A stretch of 64,000 bases of DNA from the NCBI GenBank assembly GCA_963816395.1, contig CAWFKQ010000010.1:160001-224000 (forward strand), written 5' to 3'. Each line of letters begins with the position of its first letter. Within the stretch, counting starts at the first letter, position 1. Made by a program: the position numbers and the translations under genes. This DNA is from an uncultured delta proteobacterium (GTDB lineage Bacteria > Desulfobacterota > Desulfuromonadia > Desulfuromonadales > JACZKF01). Shown one piece after another: positions 24,638-34,281 of this stretch. Below the pieces are notes generated by a model. It searched no databases. It was not told the DNA's origin and was given only the letters and a program-made list of their open reading frames with translations.

Positions 24638-25126
24638 TTGCAATGGACCGTCGAAACCGCTTCCTCCGCCGAGACGCTGGCTCTCGGTCGCCTTCTCGGC
24701 CAACTGCTGGAGCCGCCGGCGATTTTTCTGCTCAGTGGTGATCTGGGGGCGGGGAAGACCTGCCTGGTACAGGGGCTCGCCCGTGGCCTCGGAGTGCCGG
24801 AAGAGGAGCCGGTAACCAGTCCTTCCTATACCCTGCTGAATATCTATTCCGGCCGCTGCCAACTCTACCACTTTGATCTCTACCGTCTCGCCCAAGCCGA
24901 AGATCTGCTAGACTTGGGGTTTGAGGATTATCTGGATGCCGATGGCGTTACGGTGGTGGAGTGGGCGGACCGGATTCCCGACCTGCCGGCCGGCGGCCTT
25001 CACCTGCACCTGCGTCATAGCGGCGAAGAATGCCGCCGGTTGACCTTCACGACCGTTGAGGATCGGTATAGGAGGCTGTTGGCGGCATTACAGCGGCACT
25101 GGCAGGAAAGGGGGAGAGAAAAATGA
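24638..25126 (+). CDS. tsaE: tRNA threonylcarbamoyladenosine biosynthesis ATPase TsaE
   Basis: GDLGAGKT, VTSPSYTL, HFDLYRL, VVEWA. Confidence 0.96.
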   Translation: MQWTVETASSAETLALGRLLGQLLEPPAIFLLSGDLGAGKTCLVQGLARGLGVPEEEPVTSPSYTLLNIYSGRCQLYHFDLYRLAQAEDLLDLGFEDYLDADGVTVVEWADRIPDLPAGGLHLHLRHSGEECRRLTFTTVEDRYRRLLAALQRHWQERGREK

Positions 25127-26538
25127 CCGAGTTCGATATCGCCGTTATCGGCGGCGGCGTCGGTGGTTACGTGGCTGCCATTCGTGCCGCCCAGGGCGGG
25201 GCCTGCGTCTGTCTGGTGGAGCGGGCGGAGGTCGGTGGCACCTGCCTGAACCGCGGCTGCATCCCGACCAAGGCGCTCTACAGCACCGCCCATCTGCTGC
25301 AGAGGCTCCGCCAGGCCGGGGCGCACGGCATCGAGGTGCCGGAATTGCGCTTTGATTATGCCCAGGCAGCCCGCCGCAAGGACGAGGTGGTGGCCAAACT
25401 GGTCGGCGGAGTGGAGCAACTGCTGAGGGGGAACGGGGTGGAAGTTTTCCGCGGCGAAGCTTCCCTGGAGGGCCCGGGACGGGTGCGCATCCACCGCCAG
25501 GACGTCACCGGCCATATCCGGGCGAAGAACATCATCCTCGCTACCGGGTCCCTGGCAGCCCGTCCCAAATCCCTGCCAATCGATGGGAAAATTGTTTTGA
25601 CCAGCAATGAAATTCTTGCTATTAAGGAGCTTCCGAAGAGCCTGCTGGTGATCGGCGGCGGCTATATCGGCTGCGAATTCGCCAGTATTTTCTCCGCCTT
25701 CGGCACCGAGGTGACGATCGTCGAACAGCTCCCCGTCATCCTGGCGCGCAGCGACCGGCAGGTGGTGCGGGAAGTGGAGAAGGCTCTCAAGGAACAAGGA
25801 GTGGTGATCCACACCGGTGCCTCGGTCGAAGCGCTGGAACCGGGCGACGGCGAGGTTGTCGTGCGCCTTTCAGGCGAACGCACCCTCCAGGTGGAGAAGG
25901 TGCTGGTTTCGGTCGGACGGGTGCCCAATGCCGCCGGCTTCGGTTTCGAAGAGGCCGGGGTGAAGCTGGAGCGCGGTGCGGTGGTCGTTGACGAGCGGAT
26001 GCGCACCTCGGTCGAGGGGGTATACGCCGTCGGCGACGTCACCAATATCATCCAGTTGGCCCATGTCGCCATGTACCAGGGGGAGATCGCTGCAACCAAC
26101 GCCCTCGGCGGCAATGCCCGCGCCGACTACCGGGTGGTTCCCAGCACCATTTTCACTCTGCCGGAGATCGGTCAGGTCGGCCTGAGCGAGGAGGAATGTA
26201 AGGAGCAGGGGCTGGCGGTAGATGTCGGCCGCTTCACCTATCAGGCCTCCGGCAAGGCGCTGTGTGATGGCGAGACGCGGGGTCTGGTCAAGGTCCTGGC
26301 CGCCAGGGATGACGGCCGCCTGCTCGGTGCCGCCATCGTCGGCGAGGAAGCCTCGGCCCTGATCGCCGAGGTGGCCGTCGGCATGCAGCAGCAGATGACC
26401 GCCGCCGCCCTCGGGTCCGTAATTCACTCCCACCCCACCCTGCCGGAAATGATCAGGGAGGCGGCTGAAGATAGCGAGGGGTTGGCGGTTCACAAGATTG
26501 GCCGGAAGCGGGGAAGCCGCACATCCGGCAGGGAATAG
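25123..26538 (+). CDS. lpdA: Dihydrolipoyl dehydrogenase (E3)
   Basis: [17 protein letters not shown] redox disulfide, GGGYIG, HPTLPE. Confidence 0.95.
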   Translation: MTEFDIAVIGGGVGGYVAAIRAAQGGACVCLVERAEVGGTCLNRGCIPTKALYSTAHLLQRLRQAGAHGIEVPELRFDYAQAARRKDEVVAKLVGGVEQLLRGNGVEVFRGEASLEGPGRVRIHRQDVTGHIRAKNIILATGSLAARPKSLPIDGKIVLTSNEILAIKELPKSLLVIGGGYIGCEFASIFSAFGTEVTIVEQLPVILARSDRQVVREVEKALKEQGVVIHTGASVEALEPGDGEVVVRLSGERTLQVEKVLVSVGRVPNAAGFGFEEAGVKLERGAVVVDERMRTSVEGVYAVGDVTNIIQLAHVAMYQGEIAATNALGGNARADYRVVPSTIFTLPEIGQVGLSEEECKEQGLAVDVGRFTYQASGKALCDGETRGLVKVLAARDDGRLLGAAIVGEEASALIAEVAVGMQQQMTAAALGSVIHSHPTLPEMIREAAEDSEGLAVHKIGRKRGSRTSGRE

Positions 26539-26591
26539 CCGGTCCGCAGTTACGCAGGCGCTTTTTCACTCCAAAGGAGGAATCAGCTATC

Positions 26592-27824
26592 ATGGCACTT
26601 GTTGTGCAGAAATACGGCGGAACGTCCGTCGGCACCATCGAGAGGATCCGCAATGTGGCCAGGCGGGTGGCCAAAACCTATGATGACGGTAACGACGTTG
26701 TAGTAATCGTTTCCGCCATGGCCGGCGAAACCAACAAGTTGGTGGCGCTGGCCAATGAAATGTGTGAATTTCCCAGCGAACGGGAATACGACGTGATGGT
26801 CGCCACCGGCGAGCAGGTGACCATCGGCCTGCTCGCCATGGCCCTCAATTCCATGGGGTACAAGGCCAAAAGCTATTGCGGCTTTCAACTCCCGATCATC
26901 ACCGACAGCGCCTCCTCCAAGGCCCGCATCGAGCACATCGAGGATAGCAAAGTCCGCGAGGATCTGAAGAACGGCACCATCGTGGTGGTCGCCGGTTTCC
27001 AGGGGATCGACCGGGAGGGGAATATTACCACTCTGGGCCGTGGGGGCTCCGATACTTCGGCGGTGGCGGTCGCGGCGGCGCTCAAGGCCGATGTTTGTGA
27101 GATCTTCACCGATGTCGACGGGGTTTATACCACCGATCCGCGCATCGTTCCTGAAGCCTCGAAGATGGAAAAGATTTCCTACGACGAAATGCTGGAGTTG
27201 GCCTCCCTCGGATCCAAGGTGCTGCAGATCCGTTCGGTGGAATTCGCGAAAAAATACGGCGTGGTGGTCCACGTCCGTTCAAGCTTCAACGATAATCCAG
27301 GCACGCTGGTGCGGAAGGAGGATGCCGATATGGAAACCGTTCTGGTTTCGGGAATAAGCTACAACAAGGATGAGTCCAAGGTTTCGGTGTTCCGGGTGCC
27401 CGACCGGCCGGGAATCGCTGCCAAGCTCTTTTCTCCCCTGTCGCAGGCCAATATCACCGTGGACATGATCATCCAGAACGTGTCGCACGAAGGGTTTACC
27501 GATCTCACCTTTACCGTCCCCAAAGGCGATTTCAAAAAGACCTTGAAAATCGTTCAGGAAACCGCCAATGAGATCGGCGCCAGCGGCGTCGCCAGCGACG
27601 AGAACATCGCCAAGGTTTCGATCGTTGGGGTCGGCATGCGCTCCCATTCGGGCGTCGCCAGCAAGATGTTCCAGGTTCTCTCCCAGGAGGGAATCAATAT
27701 CCAGATGATTTCCACCAGCGAAATTAAAGTCTCCTGCGTCATCGATGCCAAATATACCGAATTGGCAGTGCGGGTGCTCCACGAGGCTTTTAACCTGGGC
27801 AGGAAGGAAGCGGTGGCGGAATAA
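26592..27824 (+). CDS. lysC: Aspartate kinase (alpha subunit; likely nested beta subunit from Met247)
   Basis: [30 protein letters not shown], two ACT domains, STSEIK. Confidence 0.96.
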   Translation: MALVVQKYGGTSVGTIERIRNVARRVAKTYDDGNDVVVIVSAMAGETNKLVALANEMCEFPSEREYDVMVATGEQVTIGLLAMALNSMGYKAKSYCGFQLPIITDSASSKARIEHIEDSKVREDLKNGTIVVVAGFQGIDREGNITTLGRGGSDTSAVAVAAALKADVCEIFTDVDGVYTTDPRIVPEASKMEKISYDEMLELASLGSKVLQIRSVEFAKKYGVVVHVRSSFNDNPGTLVRKEDADMETVLVSGISYNKDESKVSVFRVPDRPGIAAKLFSPLSQANITVDMIIQNVSHEGFTDLTFTVPKGDFKKTLKIVQETANEIGASGVASDENIAKVSIVGVGMRSHSGVASKMFQVLSQEGINIQMISTSEIKVSCVIDAKYTELAVRVLHEAFNLGRKEAVAE

Positions 27825-27910
27825 ATCCTGCTGGGAAATCAAGATAAATACAGGTAGGGTTGGGGGCGGCCCGGCGGGTCGCCCCTGCGATGAAGGGGAG
27901 TGCAAATGCA

Positions 27911-29488
27911 ATGGATCTGATCAAACTGTACGATACTACGCTGCGTGATGGCACCCAGGCGGAGGATATCTCCTTTCTGGTGACGGATAAGATCCGCATT
28001 GCCCAGCAATTGGACGAGTTGGGCATCCATTACATCGAGGGCGGATGGCCGGGAAGCAACCCCAAGGATATCGCTTTCTTCAAGGAAATTCAGAAGGTCA
28101 CCCTGAAACAGGCGAAGATCGCCGCATTCGGCTCCACTCGTCGGGCGAAAACCACCCCGGAGAAGGACAACAACATTCGCACCCTGATCCAGGCCGAGGC
28201 GGATGTCGTCACCATTTTCGGCAAAACCTGGGACTTCCATGTCCGCGAGGCGCTGCGCATCAGCCTGGAAGAGAACCTGGAACTGATCTACGACTCCCTC
28301 GCCTATCTCAAAAGTCACGTCGGCGAGGTGATCTACGATGCCGAGCACTTCTTCGACGGCTACAAGGCTGATCCCCAGTATGCCTTGAAGACCCTGCAGG
28401 CCGCGCAGCAGGCCGGTGTCGACTGCGTGGTGCTGTGCGACACCAACGGCGGAACCCTGCCGCACGAGCTGCCCGCCATCCTGGCGGCGGTCAAGCAGGT
28501 AGTAACTGTCCCACTCGGTATTCACACCCATAATGACGGCGAATGCGCGGTGGCCAATTCCCTGGTGGCGGTGGAGCAGGGGATCGTTCACGTCCAGGGA
28601 ACCATCAACGGTTTCGGCGAGCGCTGCGGCAACGCCAATCTGTGCTCGATTGTTCCCGCCCTGCGCCTGAAAATGGGCAAGGAGTGTATTGCCGATGGCA
28701 ACCTCAAACGGTTGCGGGCGCTTTCCCGGTTTGTCTATGAACTAGCCAACCTGGTGCCGAACAAACACCAGCCTTACGTCGGCAACTCCGCTTTCGCTCA
28801 TAAAGGAGGAGTTCATGTCTCGGCCATCCAGCGTCACCCGGAAACTTACGAACACATACGGCCGGAGAAGGTGGGAAATCTGACCCGGGTTTTGGTTTCC
28901 GATCTCTCCGGGCGCTCCAACGTCCTGGCCAAGGCCGAGGAATTCCACCTCAACCTGGACAGCAAGGATCCGGTGACCCTCGAAATCCTTGAGGAGATCA
29001 AGGAGATGGAGAATAAGGGCTACCAGTTCGAGGGCGCCGAAGCCTCCTTCGAGCTTCTTATGCGCAAGGCGATGGGAACCTTGCGCCACCACTTTTCCGT
29101 CATCGGCTTCCGGGTTATCGACACCAAGCGGCACGAGGAGGAGAAGCCCTCCTCCGAGGCGACGGTGCAAGTGAAGGTGGGGGGGAAGATCGAGCATACC
29201 GCCGCCGAAGGAAACGGCCCGGTGAATGCCCTCGACAATGCCCTGCGCAAGGCACTGGAGAATTTCTACCCGCAACTGCGGGAGATGCGCCTGCTCGATT
29301 ATAAGGTGCGAGTCCTGCCGGCAGGAAAAGGAACCGCCTCGGTGACCCGGGTACTGATCGAGTCGGGGGACAAGGGCGGACGCTGGGGGACGGTTGGAGT
29401 TTCCGACAATATCATCGATGCCTCCTACCATGCCCTGATCGATGCCTTTCAATTCAAGCTGCATAAGGATTTGGAGAAGAACGAGTGA
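27911..29488 (+). CDS. cimA: Citramalate synthase (CimA, LeuA family)
   Basis: [40 protein letters not shown]; follows lysC as in Geobacteraceae. Confidence 0.9.
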   Translation: MDLIKLYDTTLRDGTQAEDISFLVTDKIRIAQQLDELGIHYIEGGWPGSNPKDIAFFKEIQKVTLKQAKIAAFGSTRRAKTTPEKDNNIRTLIQAEADVVTIFGKTWDFHVREALRISLEENLELIYDSLAYLKSHVGEVIYDAEHFFDGYKADPQYALKTLQAAQQAGVDCVVLCDTNGGTLPHELPAILAAVKQVVTVPLGIHTHNDGECAVANSLVAVEQGIVHVQGTINGFGERCGNANLCSIVPALRLKMGKECIADGNLKRLRALSRFVYELANLVPNKHQPYVGNSAFAHKGGVHVSAIQRHPETYEHIRPEKVGNLTRVLVSDLSGRSNVLAKAEEFHLNLDSKDPVTLEILEEIKEMENKGYQFEGAEASFELLMRKAMGTLRHHFSVIGFRVIDTKRHEEEKPSSEATVQVKVGGKIEHTAAEGNGPVNALDNALRKALENFYPQLREMRLLDYKVRVLPAGKGTASVTRVLIESGDKGGRWGTVGVSDNIIDASYHALIDAFQFKLHKDLEKNE

Positions 29489-30041
29489 GCAGATCTCGGG
29501 GACCGGCGCTTTTGTTGCCGTTCCTCTTCGCGGTTCTTCTCTTTCCCTATGGCCGGGCGGCCCTCCACCAGGAGGAAACCCCGGCCTTTTTTTCGGTCAG
29601 CGGAAGCTGGATCGGCTATGGCAAAAGCTTCCCCAACACCCGGAATCCATCAATTATCTGACGGTACCACCCTCCGCGACGTCATTGAAATGACGGTCAT
29701 GCACGGGAACCATCTGCTCCCTCCCCGCAGGCCTGCTCAATTCACCCCTGTCGTCCGGGACCCGCCTCGAACTTCTCCCCAGCAATCCAGATTGCTTTGA
29801 GATTCAGAGCAGTTGGCTTCCAGCCGGGCAGCGGGTGGCGCTCGGGGTGCCGCTGCATCCTGATCGCATGGCCCTGGAGGACTGGAAATTCCTCCCCGGG
29901 GTCGGGCCGGCTCTGGCCAAGGCTATTGAAATGGACCGTCAACAAAATGGCGATTTCGGCGCTCTCGAAAATCTGGAGCGCGTCCGCGGCATCGGTCCCA
30001 GCCGGATTGCGACCTGGAAGGAATTTTTTACTGACAGATAA
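29485..30041 (+). CDS. Membrane-anchored ComEA-like HhH protein (frameshifts ~29635, ~29720)
   Basis: N-terminal hydrophobic segment; [26 protein letters not shown]. Confidence 0.75.
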
Positions 30042-30113
30042 CTCATTGAAATAAAAGAAGAACCCCGCCTCTCTTAATATATGCCAAGGATTTTCCACCT
30101 TTCTTACGCGTTC

Positions 30114-30128
30114 TGGCACGGCTGGTGA
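30114..30128 (+). promoter_or_regulatory. Putative sigma54 (-24/-12) promoter
   Basis: TGGCACG-GCTG-GTGA (-12 deviates from TTGC); IHF-like site at 30039-30051. Confidence 0.5.
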
Positions 30129-30195
30129 AACGCCTTTGTAAAGAGCCTAGCCAAAAAGACGAATCAACCAAAATACGCGTTAAGGGGGAAAATTC

Positions 30196-30351
30196 ATGAA
30201 ATGTCCGAAGTGCAAAGGTAGAATGTATGCCGAGAAATATTACGATTTCGTCCGGGCCTTTGATGCCTGGAAGTGCTGCTCCTGTGGTGAAGTGATCGAT
30301 CCCACGATCCTCGCCAACCGGGCACGCAACCACAATCTATTTCTAGGCTGA
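30196..30351 (+). CDS. Small (51 aa) dual-CxxC zinc-ribbon-like protein, below the ORF-track cutoff
   Basis: MKCPKCKGRMYAEKYYDFVRAFDAWKCCSCGEVIDPTILANRARNHNLFLG; RBS aaggggg; downstream hairpin. Confidence 0.85.
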   Translation: MKCPKCKGRMYAEKYYDFVRAFDAWKCCSCGEVIDPTILANRARNHNLFLG

Positions 30352-30385
30352 TCATCTTTAACGACAGGATATTTCGAAAACCCGC

Positions 30386-30422
30386 GGGCCGGGAGAGAGA
30401 GTCTCCCGGCCCTGCCTATTTG
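30386..30422 (+). terminator. Terminator-like hairpin
   Basis: gggccgggaga-gagag-tctcccggccc. Confidence 0.6.
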
Positions 30423-30751
30423 TTCTCTCTCCACCCGCGACCGGCAATGGTCGTGACCCGCTTTTTCCCCCTCGTAAATGCGATAAGGATTGAAGATCTT
30501 CCTCCGTTTCTTTCCCCAATCAAGAGGCTCTTTTTCTTCCCGGAGCACGGTAGGCCGGCAGTGCCGGTTATTGGGGTTTTCGAAAATGTCGAGGTCTGTC
30601 CCGGCGGGGTAAGGAGCTTACAACCCGTCCCGATTGTCGGCCCAAGGGCAGTCGTCGGCCGGCTTGCCATCACCCGGGCGGATGCTAAACTAATGGAAAA
30701 ATTGGCTCCCCGGCAACTTTGTCAGGAATGATGCTTCCGGAAGGAATCCTC

Positions 30752-31744
30752 ATGGAAGAAAAGAAGGAGCGGGCGCTGCTGGAAGCCCGTGATCTGCTGG
30801 CCATGTTTCGCGACATGGTCCGTATTCGCGAGTTCGAAGAGTCCTGCCCAAAACTTTACAGCCAGGGGAAGATGGGGGGCTTTCTACACCTCTACAGCGG
30901 CCAGGAGGCGGTCGGGGTGGGGGTGGCGCATGCCATTCACCGGGACGACTACATGATTGCCGCCTACCGGGAACACGGCCTGATGCTCGCCAAGGGTGCA
31001 GATCCCAAGTCGGTGATGGCTGAATTGTTCGGGAAGGCGACCGGCTGCAGCAGGGGGAAGGGCGGCTCCATGCACATGTTTGACCCCGATATTCGCTTCA
31101 TGGGCGGATATGGAATCGTCGGCGGCCATCTCCCGCTGGCCGTGGGGGTCGGCTATTCGATCCTCTTCCGGGGGGGAGATGAAGTGGCGGTCTGCTTATT
31201 CGGCGACGGCGCTACCAACCAGGGAGTCTTTCACGAGGCGATGAACATGGGTGCCCTCTACCGGGTACCGGTCGTCTTTATCTGCGAGAACAACGGCTAT
31301 GGCATTGGCACCAGCGTAACCCGCGCCAGTGCCATGGAGGCGCTGTACAAGAAAAGTTGTGCCTACGAGACTCCAGGCCTGAAAGTCGATGGGATGGATG
31401 TGCTGGCGGTTTACGAGACGGTACGCAAAGCAGTTCAGCGTGCCCGCGAGGGGGAGGGGCCGACCTATATCGAGGCATTAACCTACCGGTTTCGCGGCCA
31501 TTCCATCTCCGATCCCGGCACCTACCGCAGCGAACAGGAAAAGAAGATCTGGCGCGAGCGCGATCCCATTCCTAATTTCGCACACTGGCTGGAGCAGGAG
31601 GGGTTTGCCGATCGCGAGGCGATCGCCCGTATCGACGCCGAGGAAAAGGAAGAAATCGCCGCGGCAACTCGCTTCGCCGAGGAGAGTCCCGACCCCGATC
31701 CGGAAGAATTGTGGACGGATGTCTATGTGGAAGATCAGGCCTAA
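30752..31744 (+). CDS. pdhA: Pyruvate dehydrogenase E1 alpha
   Basis: GFLHLYSGQEA, GKGGSMH, GDGA..NN TPP motif, TYRFRGHSISDP. Confidence 0.93.
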   Translation: MEEKKERALLEARDLLAMFRDMVRIREFEESCPKLYSQGKMGGFLHLYSGQEAVGVGVAHAIHRDDYMIAAYREHGLMLAKGADPKSVMAELFGKATGCSRGKGGSMHMFDPDIRFMGGYGIVGGHLPLAVGVGYSILFRGGDEVAVCLFGDGATNQGVFHEAMNMGALYRVPVVFICENNGYGIGTSVTRASAMEALYKKSCAYETPGLKVDGMDVLAVYETVRKAVQRAREGEGPTYIEALTYRFRGHSISDPGTYRSEQEKKIWRERDPIPNFAHWLEQEGFADREAIARIDAEEKEEIAAATRFAEESPDPDPEELWTDVYVEDQA

Positions 31745-31794
31745 GGCCGAAGGCGGAAACTAGCCTGGGTTGTTAGACATTTCAGGAGCCTTGC

Positions 31795-32763
31795 ATGGAA
31801 CTCACCTGCCGTGATGCCTTGAACCAGGCTTTGCACGAGGAGATGGCGCGGGACGAATCGGTATTTATCCTCGGCGAGGATGTTGGCCTCTATGAGGGCT
31901 CATTCAAGGTCACGAAAGGTTTGCTGGCCCGTTTCGGGGAGCGACGGGTGATCGATACCCCGATCTCCGAGGCAGCCATCGTCGGCATGGCCTGCGGAGC
32001 GGCAATGACCGGCCTGCGGCCGATTGCCGAGTTGATGACGATCAACTTCGCTATCGTTGCCATGGACCAGATCATGAATCATGTCGCGGTGGCGCATTAC
32101 ATGTTCGGCGGGCGGGCCAAGGTGCCGATGGTCATTCGCGCCCCAGGCGGCGCCGGGCATCAGCTTGGGGCTCAGCACTCGCACAATCTGGAGGCCATTT
32201 TCATGCACTGCCCCGGACTGCGGGTGATCGTTCCCTCCTTTCCGGCCGATGCCAAGGGGTTGCTGAAAAGTGCCATCCGTACCGACGATCCGGTGATATT
32301 CATCGAACACGAGGGGCTCTATGGGACCAAGGGCGAAGTCCCGGATGGGGAATATACCATTCCCTTGGGAGTGGCGGATATCAAACGGCCGGGGCGCGAT
32401 GTGACCTTGGTGACCTTGTCGCGGATGGTTTACGTCTGCCTGGAGGCGGCCAAGATCCTGGCGCAGGAGGGGATAGAGGCGGAAGTTCTCGACTTGCGAG
32501 GCCTGAATCCCCTGGACATGGTGAGTGTTCTCGACTCGGTGCGGCGGACCCGGCGGGCCGTGACAGTTGAGGAAAGCTGGCTGACCGGAGGGTGGGGAGG
32601 CGAAGTGGCGGCCCGGATCATGTCGGAAGCATTCGACGCCCTCGATTCCCCGGTGCTGCGCGTCGCTGCTGCCGACGTCCCGATGCCTTACAACAAGAAA
32701 CTGGAGCAGTCGGCAATCCCCGATGCTGCCCGGGTAGTCGCCCGGGTCAAAGAACTCCTGTAA
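31795..32763 (+). CDS. pdhB: Pyruvate dehydrogenase E1 beta
   Basis: LGEDVG, DTPISE, GAQHSH, DPVIFIEH. Confidence 0.93.
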   Translation: MELTCRDALNQALHEEMARDESVFILGEDVGLYEGSFKVTKGLLARFGERRVIDTPISEAAIVGMACGAAMTGLRPIAELMTINFAIVAMDQIMNHVAVAHYMFGGRAKVPMVIRAPGGAGHQLGAQHSHNLEAIFMHCPGLRVIVPSFPADAKGLLKSAIRTDDPVIFIEHEGLYGTKGEVPDGEYTIPLGVADIKRPGRDVTLVTLSRMVYVCLEAAKILAQEGIEAEVLDLRGLNPLDMVSVLDSVRRTRRAVTVEESWLTGGWGGEVAARIMSEAFDALDSPVLRVAAADVPMPYNKKLEQSAIPDAARVVARVKELL

Positions 32764-32769
32764 ATATTG

Positions 32770-32846
32770 GGGCAAGAGGCTAGCGGCGAGAGGCCAGAGG
32801 GGAAATTCTCTCTTTGCCCTCACCCTGCCGCCCTCGCCTGAATTTA
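32770..32846. repeat. Intergenic 7-mer-repeat palindrome (same family as 759-833)
   Basis: gggcaag-aggctag-cggcgag-aggccag / ctttgcc-ctcaccc-tgccgcc-ctcgcct; shares the 12-bp terminus TAAATTCAGGCG (inverted). Confidence 0.65.
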
Positions 32847-32874
32847 AAACCCGTACGCTGGAGTGGAGACGGCC

Positions 32875-34271
32875 ATGGCCATCGAGATTACCATGCCCAA
32901 ATTGAGCGATACGATGGAGGAGGGAACCATTCTCAAATGGCAGGTCAAGGAGGGAGACCGCATTTCCCAAGGAGACATCATCGCCGAGGTCGAAACCGAC
33001 AAGGCGGCGATGGAAATGGAAGCGTTCGATGACGGCACGGTTCGCGAGCTGCGGGTGCCGGAGGGGGAAACGGTGCCGGTGGGGACGGTAATAGCGGTTC
33101 TCGATGCCGCCGGAGAGATGAAGGAAAAGGCGCCTGCAAAAGAAGAAGAAAAGAGGGAACCGGCCGGTGGGGAGAAGAAAACGGCCGCAGCCGCTGCACG
33201 AAAGCCGGCAGAGGAGAAACCAAAGGCGGAAGAAGCGGAGCGGAGGGCTGAACAGGAAAAACCGGAGGAGAAAGAGGCGGCTGGCGAGGGGGAGGCGAAT
33301 CAGCGCCGGAGTCGGAGCGGCGACCCCGTGCAGTGAAGGCGCATCCTCCGGCGGCAGAGAAGTGGCCTGAGACACTTCCTCCCCGGTTGACCCAACAGCA
33401 GATTGTCGCTTCGCCGGCGGCGCGCCAACTGGCCGATGAACGGAAGATCGATCTAACCCGGGTAAGGGGAACCGGGCCGGGGGGGCGGATCGTTTCGGCC
33501 GATGTGGAAAAGGCTGCCTCCGGGATGGGTTTCGAAGCGCCGGTGGCGCGGCAGAAGGTTCCTCCGCCGCCACCGGAAGGCGAGGCGGCCCTCCGGCGGC
33601 CGGAGCGCTCGCTGAAAATCCGCCGCATCGTGGCCCGGAAGATGGCGGAAAGCTGGCAGAGCATTCCCCACTTCTTCGTCACCGTCGCCGTGGATATGAC
33701 CGATATTATTCGCATCCGCAAGGATTTGGGGGCGAGTATCAATGACTTCATCATCGCCGCCGCTGCCCGCTGCCTGCAGGAATATCCCTGGGTCAACAGC
33801 CACTGGGTGGATGGGGATACGGTGGAACAGCCGCAGATCGACATCGCCATAGCCGTCGCCACCGATCGGGGGTTGTACAACCCCGTGCTCCGGGACTGCG
33901 GGCAGCTCTCCCTGCGGGAGATCGGCCGTCGAACCGGCGAACTGGTAGCGAAGGCCCACGCCGGCCGACTGAATGCGGAGGAACTGGAAGGGGGGACCTT
34001 CACCATCTCCAACATGGGAATGCTGGGGGTCGAATCTTTCACCGCCATCATAACCCCGCCGCAGGCGGCGGTGCTCGCCGTCGGCACGGTCAAGGGAGAA
34101 GCGGTGGTCGGCGACAAGGGGGAGCCGGGAGTTGCTCCGATGGTCCGCCTGACTCTTTCCGCCGATCATCGCATCCTCGACGGGGCGGATGCGGCGGAAT
34201 TTCTCACCGCCCTGAAAAGCTACCTGGAAGCCCCGGTCACTCTTATCACTCGATCTTACGGACAAGAATAG
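32875..34271 (+). CDS. pdhC: Dihydrolipoamide acetyltransferase E2 (frameshift ~33295)
   Basis: Lipoyl domain VETDKA, subunit-binding [14 protein letters not shown], catalytic DHRILDG. Confidence 0.92.
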
Positions 34272-34281
34272 GGGAAAATGC

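Noticed and set aside
30420..30731. 103-aa ORF upstream of pdhA
   Set aside because: No RBS or motif, and it overlaps a terminator and the probable promoter region; likely spurious.
33100..33400. Purine-rich low-complexity tract in pdhC
   Set aside because: Ordinary Glu/Lys/Ala/Pro flexible linker of E2.
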